Origin: Cyanidioschyzon merolae
Taxonomy: Eukaryota
Assembly (NCBI GenBank): GCA_000091205.1
Contig: AP006501.2
Strand: one strand, 5' to 3'
Length of the DNA: 64,000 bases
Shown: in pieces, positions 34,501 to 44,800 of the stretch
Position numbering within the stretch: the first letter of the stretch is position 1
Layout: every line of letters starts with the position of its first letter
Translations under genes and position numbers: made by a program
The notes under the pieces: model-generated
The model's input: only the letters and a program-made list of their open reading frames with translations
Databases searched by the model: none
Told to the model about the DNA's origin: nothing

Positions 34501-35303
34501 TCTTGCTTGCTTTCAATAGTCCTTGCGCGCTGCCAGGGTACGCTGGACTTTGGAACGAGATTCGACTTGGTTGCTGAGGCAGCTATGAGTAGCTCGAAAT
34601 GCAGCATAGCACAAGTTCCGTAGCTCATGGTAGCTTCTCTTTACACTGGCGACAGGGAGCCGGGTACGCGAGCTGAGCCAACATAGAATTAAAATCTTTA
34701 GTCGAGTTGTCGGCAGGAGACTTCCCGTTCTAGTAAGCAACTCGCAAGCTTGACGGAGACCCGTCGTTGCACGCTGTAGCTCAGCAGTTGTGCTCCCCTG
34801 CGTCAAGCGTGACGTCTGCAGCATGTGCCCTGGGTGCCCCTCGTACCCTTTCCTGGAATCGCTGCCACACAGCTGTTGTTCTCCCAGCGCCCGACTGCAA
34901 GCGTCTTTGCTCACGGCAAGTAGAGCCTGCAAGAAGCTTGAGGTCTCGGAAATGGGTCACAATTCCAAGTGCTACGCACTAGAGGCCGTGTTTATTCGCA
35001 CCTGAATATAGACAGCATCATAACGCGTTTGCTACTTGCATATACCAAGCCCGCACCAGAACCAAGCAGATACCTCGACCAAGGGCTTCGCTCGGCTACG
35101 TGTCGTGCTCAAGAACTCGCCAGTGAACTGCAACCGGTGCGTAGCGGCTCCATGCATCACCACTCTCGACTGGGCAGAGGGAAAAGAGGAAACGAGTTGC
35201 ATCGGGTTCAAGCGCTCGTCATTCTGCGAGCCCGGCCTCGAGAGGGCCCCCTGGATACCACTTTCGTTCGGGGTCAGCGTCGACACGTTGTCACCGATTG
35301 GCA

Positions 35304-36911
35304 CTACACAGCCATATCCATTCGGAGCGTTTGATGCGGATAGTAGCCAATCAATTCGATGTCATCAGTGCAAAAGTCGTCTATATCTCGAACTGGCCGG
35401 CGGAAACGGATATGTGGAAATGGTCTTGGTTGCCGACCTAGCTGCACCTTGAGCGCATCAACATGGTTAAGGTAGACGTGTACGTCGCCCATGGTATGCA
35501 CCAACTCACCGGGGCGCAAATCAGTGACATGTGCAAGCATCATAGTCAGTAGCGAATAACTTGCAATGTTAAACGGGACGCCCAGGCCGAGGTCACAAGA
35601 GCGTTGATATAGTAAACAAGAGAGTTCCCCATTTGCAACGTAGAACTGAGCGAGCACGTGGCACGGCGGTAAAGCCATCTCGGGGAGTGCGAGAGGATTC
35701 CACGCACACAAGAGCATGCGGCGGTCGTCTGGGTTTGTCTTCAGCGTCTCCACGATCTGGCGAATCTGGTCAACGCCCTGATTACGATAGTCCGTCTTGC
35801 AGTCCACGTACTTCGCCCCGAAATGGCGCCATTGGAAGCCGTATACGGGACCAAGATCGCCCTCTGCACGGTGCGAGAGCCCTCGAGCGTCCAAGAACGC
35901 TCGGGAAGCGTTCCCGTCCCAAATGTGGACTCCTCTAGCCGATAATTCCGTAGCATCGGTGCTGCCGCGGAGAAACCACAGCAACTCCTCGACAACACCT
36001 CTCCAAAAAACCCGCTTGGTTGTCAACAAGGGTATGCACTGATTTCGCAAAGAGAATCGCATCATGGCTCCGAAAAGCGAGAGCGTACCAACGCCGGTGC
36101 GATCTGCCTTGCGATACCCGTGTCCGATGACTGAGCGAACCAGGTCGAGGTACTGCTGCTCTTCGTGGTTACACTCAAGCACTGGCCGTTCGATAGTTTT
36201 TGTATTCGATGACGGTTTCGCATCCGATGCGACCCGCTCACGTTCAGGGCTGTGCGACATGGGTATCCGCTCCTGTCTTCGATAGACCAAAAACTCCACT
36301 TCAAGTTGTTCAGCGCGTTCATCAACACATACCGACACGCAGTGCTTATTACTAGGCCCATCTTCTACGTACTCATCTGAAGGTATGGCTGGCATGAAGA
36401 CGTCACAGGGATAGGGCGCACGCTGCGGATCCAGTCGTCGAATGCGCGTCAAGTAGATGCGATCACAGGCCGGGTGCGCGAGGGTCTCTCGAAAGACACT
36501 AGCCCCGCCGATGACATACGCGACCCGCGCACCATGCAGTGCTGCCAAGCTGCACGCCTCGTTCAGACTGTTGGCTAGGTAGGCGCCCGCGAAAGCGTCG
36601 CTCGCCTCGTTGACGATCGGTTTCTGTCGGGTAAGCACAATGTTCAAGCGACCGGACAGCGGTCGACGCTCTGGTGGTATCGACAGCCAGGTGTGACGCC
36701 CCATGATGACCGCTGGTTTGCCACCGACGACAGCGGATTCGTCTTCACTGCTGCGACAGTTTCTCGTGGTAACGCGCTTGAAGTGGGCGAGGTCTTCTGC
36801 AATGTGCGGCCAAGGCAGCTGACCGTTGTATCCTATACCCCAATCAGCAGCTTGTACAGCAACTACGATACGTAGTGGCAACTGAACGTTAGGAATCTCG
36901 TCGGACACCAT
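35304..36911 (-). CDS. DHFR-TS: Bifunctional dihydrofolate reductase-thymidylate synthase (DHFR-TS)
   Basis: N-terminal DHFR ('[22 protein letters not shown]...'). C-terminal TS with canonical motifs '[29 protein letters not shown]', '[29 protein letters not shown]', 'GDVHVYLNH'. Confidence 0.95.
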   Translation of the reverse strand: MVSDEIPNVQLPLRIVVAVQAADWGIGYNGQLPWPHIAEDLAHFKRVTTRNCRSSEDESAVVGGKPAVIMGRHTWLSIPPERRPLSGRLNIVLTRQKPIVNEASDAFAGAYLANSLNEACSLAALHGARVAYVIGGASVFRETLAHPACDRIYLTRIRRLDPQRAPYPCDVFMPAIPSDEYVEDGPSNKHCVSVCVDERAEQLEVEFLVYRRQERIPMSHSPERERVASDAKPSSNTKTIERPVLECNHEEQQYLDLVRSVIGHGYRKADRTGVGTLSLFGAMMRFSLRNQCIPLLTTKRVFWRGVVEELLWFLRGSTDATELSARGVHIWDGNASRAFLDARGLSHRAEGDLGPVYGFQWRHFGAKYVDCKTDYRNQGVDQIRQIVETLKTNPDDRRMLLCAWNPLALPEMALPPCHVLAQFYVANGELSCLLYQRSCDLGLGVPFNIASYSLLTMMLAHVTDLRPGELVHTMGDVHVYLNHVDALKVQLGRQPRPFPHIRFRRPVRDIDDFCTDDIELIGYYPHQTLRMDMAV

Positions 36912-38339
36912 ATATTCAGCTGCTTTGACACAAAATAGAGCTGCTTTGGTGCAGAGATAATCCTCATGCGTAGAAGTGTAGCGCAGCCGTTTCCCGCGCT
37001 TGCGATCGCCAGCGGCCGCGGCATGCGTTCGCCTGGTGGAATGCCTCCAGCGGCAACATCAGGAACGCAACGCTGAACTGAGTGACCAGCTCCTGTCTAG
37101 AGATTTTACCGAACTTTTAGAGTCTTGGCGCTAAAATTGCGGGAAACAGGGTGAACCATTTGATTCGTCGTGTGATGATATGGTGTTGGGGGTTTCAAGC
37201 GGCGCATTCCGCGCTGTTCATCTGGAATTCATGATGTCATCGTGATCGGGATGCTTGTCGATGCACTAGAACAAGCGTTCGTAAATGAACCGATATTATG
37301 ATCCGAAACAGAGGTGCGGAACGTTGTTTTTCTGCATCCGTACAGCATGTTCATAGTATACGTTCTCAAAATTTTTGATCGATACGTTTCAAAGTAACTC
37401 GAATGCGCAGTTATTCGCGTCCCTGGATTGACCGAGGGACACACTGCCGTCCAGTATTGACGGAATATGCACAAGATCATGCCGGAGGTTGACTGAATAT
37501 CTTAGGTCAACTAATAGATGCCGTTTGAAAGAGATACCCTTCATTTTTTGCGGTTATCAATGCAACGGCATTCGACAGCAGTCTTATACCGCTCAGGGAG
37601 TATTTGTCAGCAGGGCGCCGTCTCTCTGGGATGGATGGAGAGGCGTCTTGGACTCGGACTCGAGTCATTGTCGTGATCGATTCGAGTGTGGAGGGCGTCA
37701 ACGCCGTACACGATAGGAACTTTAAGGAGTAGTCATTTATTCACAAGTTCTCCATCCTAGAGTTTCCTTACTTTTGTGTTTTATCGTGGACAACTTTGTA
37801 TTCTACAAATCCTTGATCGATTCGGAGAGCGACCGCTTACTTCAGCCGCGGCCAGTATACTCATAAATGGGATCGTCCGGAAAAAATCCGCGTCCATATC
37901 GTACAGCAGTGGGCGCGGAATCAGTGGAGATCACCCAGTCGAGCCCTGAGTGCCTAACACGGGCCTTTGCTGAGCTATAACGCAAGCGTTCATGTACCAC
38001 AGGGCGGCTTTCGAAGAATGAAATGTGGTGGACATCAGCGAACGCCCTTCCGCTGTCAAGCGTCATTGCTATGAAAGGTACACCGAGGCTATTTCTTAAA
38101 ACAAGATGAAAGAAGCATGCAAAGCGTAGATCACAACTGTCGACTGTGCGTGAAATACTTTGATACCAGCTGAAAACTCCAGCTTCGAGACGAGAACGCT
38201 GCTACTACCACGATCGTTTGAACGCTGATAACAGCACTACAGGGAAACAAGTGTCCAGCGTCTTGAATGCCAAAGATACCGTTGCGAAAGAGCAAGCAGT
38301 TGCAGAAAAAGCCCCTGACGCTAATCCTCATACAAGTCA

Positions 38340-38870
38340 GAAGTCAACCCTAACTTGAATATACCAGTCCGTGCCAACAAACTGCATACCTTTCATACTC
38401 CGCTGATACGAACAGATGACAGCATTGCCTCTAGCACGCGCACCAACTCTAATACATACATACATACCAGACCGTGCCAACAAACTGCATACCTTCCATA
38501 CTCCGCTGATACGAACAGATGACAGCATTGCCACTAGCACGCGCACCGACTCTCATACATACATACCAGACCGTGCCAACAAACTGCATACCTTCCATAC
38601 TCCGCTGATACGAACAGATGACAGCATTGCCACTAGCACGCGCACCAACTCTAATACATACATACATACATACCAGTCCGTGCCAACAAACTGCATACCT
38701 TCCATACTCCGCTGATACGAACAGATGACAGCATTGCCTCTAGCACGCGCACCAACTCTCATACATACATACATACCAGTCCGTGCCAACAAACTGCATA
38801 CCTTCCATACTCCGCTGATACGAACAGATGACAGCACTGCCACTAGCACGCGCACCGCCAGAGCGCCATG
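38340..38870. repeat. Tandem repeat, ~104-bp unit x ~5, with embedded (acat)n
   Basis: 'ccgtgccaacaaactgcataccttccatactccgctgatacgaacagatgacagcattgccactagcacgcgcaccaactctcatacatacatac' recurs at ~38372, 38476, 38578, 38684, 38786. Confidence 0.9.
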
Positions 38871-38926
38871 ACATGCAACGTGGTTAGGGCAAGACGGCAG
38901 GCGTTGCGTTTGCGTCCTCCCGGCAG

Positions 38927-40165
38927 GTGCCCGCAGTCTCTACGCTCGATTCGGCAGGTGTTTCCCTCTGGAAAATAACACAGGCCCCTGCATTTATGGC
39001 GTTCGCCTCGACAAGCTGGGGTACGAGCTGGTGCCCCGGATGGCGGATCAGACGGGTATCAGCAGTGGTGCCGCAGCCGCTGCGAGACCTGAGGCTCCTG
39101 CAACGCGACTACTCGCTGGTTCCGCCGCCCCGCTATAAGGTCTCACCGTTGGACTTTGTGATCGATCGAACGCGAGTACTCGGATCTGGTTCGTTCGGGA
39201 CTGTCTATGAGGCAAAGAAAGTCGTCGCCCCAGAGGAGGGACTTGAAGTCGCAGCCAAAACCGTGGCCAAAGAGCGTCTCCAAGGTGTACAACTGGACGA
39301 TGCGCTCTACTACACAGCAATCGAACGGTACGCAAATGACCAAGTTCGAGCTACCATCGAATCCAATACAGACGCAGCACTCGCCGATCACGTCGCCCGC
39401 TACCTCGGATTCGGTGAGCACGCTGGCACCGAATGGTTATTCTTTGAACGCATTCCCGGTTCGACACTGGAAACCTATTTCAACAGCGAGACGGATGACA
39501 TCGCATTTGCGCTGGCACTCTCGCAAGCGCTCAACATCAATGCCACAGATAGCTCCGAAGATGGCGTCCATATCTTGCGACATCTGGTGCTGCGAGTTGC
39601 TTCAGAGGTCCTCGAAACGCTCGTATCATTCACCCGACTTGGTATGGTTCATCGAGATATGAAACCCCTCAACTGGATGATCGATGAACAGCGCCGTTGT
39701 CTTCGCGTCCTAGACCTGGGCTCGGCAGCGTTCATCAGTACGCCACGGTACGGTGCGGCAATCGGGTACAATGCACGCTGGGGACCCGCAGACCCGGACT
39801 TTGTTCCCCCGGAGCGCTTTCTTGATCCGCGTTTCCCTTACCAATTCGATGTGTACTCGTGTGCATTGAGCCTCTTGCGTATTGCTGTTCCAGGTCTGCG
39901 CAAAATCGCTTCTTTCCGAGCGTTTGTGGAGGAATTCCGAATCAGACACCAATCGGACTTGGCACTGTATGCGTCTCGAGTTTTCAACGGTACCGCTTCC
40001 TTCATACCGGACAAGTTTGTGACTGGATTGGTTGTACTGAAAGCAGATGATGGACGTTTATTCGAATTCGTTCGCCAGATGCTGCGGGAATCGCCATCGG
40101 ATCGTTTGTCGCCTGAGGCAGCGCTGGTGACGCTGGCGAAGATCCACGGTGCGATCACTGCCTAG
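38927..40165 (+). CDS. Protein kinase (Ser/Thr-like, DLG variant of DFG)
   Basis: Gly-loop 'GSGSFGTVYEAKKV', 'VAAKTVAKE' (VAIK Lys), catalytic loop 'HRDMKPLNWMID', 'VLDLGSAAF', 'PPERF'. Confidence 0.7.
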   Translation: MPAVSTLDSAGVSLWKITQAPAFMAFASTSWGTSWCPGWRIRRVSAVVPQPLRDLRLLQRDYSLVPPPRYKVSPLDFVIDRTRVLGSGSFGTVYEAKKVVAPEEGLEVAAKTVAKERLQGVQLDDALYYTAIERYANDQVRATIESNTDAALADHVARYLGFGEHAGTEWLFFERIPGSTLETYFNSETDDIAFALALSQALNINATDSSEDGVHILRHLVLRVASEVLETLVSFTRLGMVHRDMKPLNWMIDEQRRCLRVLDLGSAAFISTPRYGAAIGYNARWGPADPDFVPPERFLDPRFPYQFDVYSCALSLLRIAVPGLRKIASFRAFVEEFRIRHQSDLALYASRVFNGTASFIPDKFVTGLVVLKADDGRLFEFVRQMLRESPSDRLSPEAALVTLAKIHGAITA

Positions 40166-41800
40166 CGTCATTGGCGGGTCACTGCCAATGCGCCTGCAAA
40201 GTCGGGGCATCAACCCAGAATACCGAACATGAACCCGATACACGTTCTAGGTATCTTTGTGCGTGTATCGCGCTGGCACAGACGCAGCGAGCGGCATGAG
40301 GCAGCGTGTCGGTATTCATGTGGGGCGGTTCGGATGCAGTGCAGTGTGTCCGTCGTCGTCAGGATGTAGCACGGCAATGAGCGCTGCAGAACACATCACC
40401 AAAAAAACGTTGTATCGTGTGGGTGTCGCTTGTTCGCTCATAATAATGAATACACAGCTGGATCCGGCGATGGATCTATGTCAGCCGGAATTCGCCTCGC
40501 ATGTTCTCTGTCTGGGCATGCGTCTTTTGCGAGAAGTTGTGAAGCGTGAACAGGCGCGGGCGCAGGCCACAGGTAGAGGACTGCTGACCATTGACGACAA
40601 CAGAAACAACAACAACAGCAACGCTGCACGTGAAGATTGTCTATCTGTAGGTCACGCGTTCACAAGCAGGTACCGACGAGGGCCTCGCCGGCGTGCCCTA
40701 TACCAGCGCATCCAAAAACGAATCCATCGCGGAATTCAACAAAAGCGCCGCTGCACACACCGACGCGTCTGAACTCGCTCTGGCCCAGCTTCATGCAGCT
40801 TCGTCACCGAATCGGACCGGAATGCGTTCGCGACGAACCTGGAACAAGTCCGGGCCCGACGTGGAACAGTCCGGGTGTTTGGATTCGTAACGACACCTCC
40901 GCAGGTCATCAGTGTGGGATCGCTTCGATCCTGGGAGCCAGCTGCTAGTTTCCAGCAGCAAATAACACTTTGACCGCCTTCGCGTTGCCCGATACCTTCG
41001 AACACCTCCGTATCGCTGCCGATGGGTACGTGTTTTCCGTGGATATACCCAATGCACATGACATCATTCGAGACGTTCCGCGAGAAGCAAGCATCGCGCT
41101 GGTCGCTAATACGGGCGTGCATGTAGCTGCGGCACACCGGTTCATTCGCCCCCGAGTACGGCATGACACTGCATCCATTGTCGTCGTGAATCAGGTACGC
41201 AACCAAAGGGCGAGCAAATCCTCTTTCGCACGTGAAGCGTAGGCTGCATTTCTCAGAGTTGCCAAGCGCATCGCCCGGTAGCGTTCGATGGGTGTCTACT
41301 CCAGAAGGCATGCTTCCACGCGGGTTATCCTCGAGTCCATGGGCCACTCCAGGTGCACTGAGGGAGCCGCTTGTGCTGCGGAAGCGCTCTGGTGCTCCGC
41401 TGCCTGCTCGACGATTTTATTCTAGGTCCAATCGACACGTACATAGATAGATAGCAACATAGATCCGTAGACAGGGGTGCAGGGATATAAAGGGTGAACC
41501 AAGTACTAACGATCCGTAGAGGTTGCGGTATTCGAGGACAACTTGCCCAGCCCAGCACAGCACAGCACAGCACTGAGCGAGAACAGCGGTAACCTCGGGG
41601 CACTCGAACCTGCCAAGTACCGCAGCGCGCGCTCCCGCCTTGTCTGCCTGTTTCTGTGTCGCTCTGGATTCCGTGCGAAAGCCGGTTTTCCACAACCGAT
41701 TTTATCGCATACATTCGCTTCCTCGATACCGCAGGAACTCGTTCAAGGTACCTCGGTCAGGGTGCAGCTCATTAAAAAAGCAGCGATCGTCATCAGGCGC

Positions 41801-44800
41801 TCAGCGCTTGGAATCGTGCTCCATCTGTACCAGCGCCGAGCCTTCTTGATCGCTCGTGAGAAGCTCCTGCACAAAGGCACGTGCCCGTTGGAACTCCTCT
41901 CCGTACGCCTCGGCGGCCGCTTGTTCGGGTATGCGTGCGAGCATCCGCCAAGCGCCTGTGCTGCGACCTCCAGCTTCTCCATGAGCGTCTTTTCCGGGCG
42001 CACGTCGACGAGCTGACCCAGTTTCCGCGGACGGCAGCGGTATCTCGGCCTTGGCATCGAGAGCCCCAGCGGTACCTGTCGCCGCCACCGGTCGAAACAA
42101 TTCCAGAATCTGCTCGGTGTTCATGAGACGCAGCGAAGCGTTCTCCTGGTTCACCACGCTGGTGGCGAGATGCATCTTAAAGCGCTGAATGCTCATGATC
42201 TTCTCCTCGATGGTACCGCGGGTAATCAGACGATGCACTGTCACCACGCGCGTCTGACCGATCCGGTGCGCTCGATCCATTGCCTGCAAGTCTACCGTGG
42301 GGTTGTAGTCACATTCCACGAAAATGACCGTATCGGCACCGGTGAGGTTCAGCCCGAGACCCCCGACGTGTGTGGTCAGCAAAAGGCAGTCAATCGTCGG
42401 GTCACGGTTAAAGCGATGGACGAGATCCTGGCGAATACGCGGATCGACAATGCTCCCGTCCAGTCGAAGGTAACTCACCTGGGGATACCAACGTTGCAAG
42501 ACGTCTGTCTCGATGATGTCCAGCGTCTCTTTCAGTTGTGCGAATATGAGCGCACGATGCTTCTTTTCTGCGCGCTGAGACGTTGTGTCCCACGTCTGCA
42601 CGGTAGCGTCGATGATACTGGCGCCAGCACTGCTGGTGTCGTCGCTGGCGATACCGCACTCGTAGAGAAGCTCCCCGAGTGCAAGCATTTTGGGAGCGAT
42701 GTCGAGGCTGTTCCAGTCTAGTTGGGCTCGATTCAGCTGCTCCTCTACCTGGCGTCGCAGCTCGGGCGCGAGTTCAGATAGGATCAATCGCGGATGCGTA
42801 CATAGGCGTCGTAGGAACATCAATGCATAAAAAACATGACTCGAACCGGAGAGTCGTTTCGGCGTCAGCGCTGGGACCTGTCCAGCATCCTCGTCGGTGT
42901 CGCGGGGCGCTGCTTCCACTTCCGCTGCCGTCGCTGCCAGTGTTGGTGCACGAGTCTCCGCGAGCCACTCCAGCGGAGCAGTCTGCACAAACGAGTCGTA
43001 GATGAAGCGCTGTATATCGCTGAGGGCACAGATTCGATCCTGGATGACTTTGGGCGGCAGTTCCTTCATGACGTTTTCCTTCATTCGTCGAAGGATAAAC
43101 GGGAGAACCTGGCGGTGGAGCGCAGCCAGGGCCCGCTCACCGGCCTCTCGTGCTGCGTCGCTGCACTTGGGATGACGTGCCGCCTGGATAGGCTTGGCAT
43201 ACTGGGCAACAAACGACTGCTCTGTGCCCAGATAGCCGGGCATCAAAAAGTCAAACAAGGCCCACAGTTCCGTTACATTGTTCTGAATCGGTGTTCCCGT
43301 CAGAATCAGACGGTGACGGGCGTGCAATCGTCGCACGGCTTGCGACAGTTTCGAGCGAGCGTTCTTGATCATGTGGCCTTCGTCGAGCACCACATAGGCG
43401 TAGCGCAGGCTAGCTAGCTTCTCCAGGTCGCTTCGAACGACTTCATAGCTGGTAATCACGAGCGGTGGTCGTTCAGCACCGCGAAGCTGTTGTGCGAGCT
43501 CCTGCCGCTGACCGGGCGCGCCAGCGTACACAAGCACCGGCGTCAGGTGCCTTGGGAAGAAACGCAGCACCTCATCATGCCAGTGGTGCATCACACTGGC
43601 TGGACAAACGACCAGACTCGGGAGCGGAGTCGTGCCAGCGCTCGCCTCGAGAGCGACCTGCCCATCGTTTTGTGCAGGAGCATCGACACCATCACGATGA
43701 CCACTCGTGCTACTTCGACTGGAGAGTCGGGCACCAGCTGGGCCGCCCACTAGTCCGCATCGATCAGCAGCCAAGATGCAGAGCGTCATTAGCGTCTTAC
43801 CGAGACCCATGTCGTCGCAGAGTGCTCCGTGCAGTCCGTAGCGATGGAGAAACGCCAACCAGTTGAGACCCTCTTGCTGATATGTGCGCAATTGAACGTT
43901 GTCGCCAATGGGAATGCTCAACCGGAACACTTCGAGAGGCTTTTGCCCGAGAAGCTGGGCGATAAAGTCGCGGGCACTGCTTAGCTGCTGCTGGAGCGCT
44001 GGCGACAGCAACTCGTCTGCCGGCAAGGCGCCTTCCAATGGCAACAGACGGACAAGTTCCCCAAAGACCATCGCGGCGAGACTGCGTACACGTTCATCTT
44101 GATCTACGAGACGTCCGAGCAGGGGTACCACCAGAAAAGCCGCATAAGGAATGATGCGCTCTCCCAGACTGTGCACGATTTCCGCTAAGAGCGCTATTGC
44201 CTGAAAGCGTGCTTCGTAGGTATCGCAGGTCGTGTTTGCGTGCCGGTTCACGGGCACGGCAGGAAGTGGTGCCTCTTCGCCCGGCTCCAGGAGCGGCAGC
44301 AGGTGCTGAATGACAGCTTCCATGGCCGGACGCGTGAAGCGACAACATAGAGGTACCAGTGCTCGCGCTCGACGACGAATGAGCGCTGGGAACAGCATCA
44401 ACAAGCGCGACACCAAGGTGGAGTCCAGGTCATCGGCTACCGCACAGAGCACCAGGTCACATCGTTGGTGTTGCTCGGCTTTGGTCTCGTCGGTATCTGC
44501 GCTCGCGGGTGCATTCGGAAGCACAGACTCGACTGATCCGAAAACCTCCTGTTCCATTTGAGGTAGCTCCGTAAACAGGCCTGGTCCGTAGACTCGCGCC
44601 AGTGCTGCCAACGCTCGCGAGCACCTCGCTGTGATGAGGTTCTTCACGACCTGATCTCGCGCTTTGCTACCTCTCTTCATGCGTTGCGTCAAGCGAGCGA
44701 GATCCATAGCTGCGACCTCCTGAGCGCACTCGACCAGAGAGCATGCGTCATGCGCGTCGAAAAGCGGAACGCCGAAGCCATCGGGCAGCTGTTCCAGCAG

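Noticed and set aside
40257-41347. Overlapping ORFs 40257..40772 (+), 40736..41347 (-), 40970..41242 (+)
   Set aside because: Mutually overlapping, no recognisable motifs, low-complexity (poly-N). Could hide one real gene but not supportable from sequence alone.
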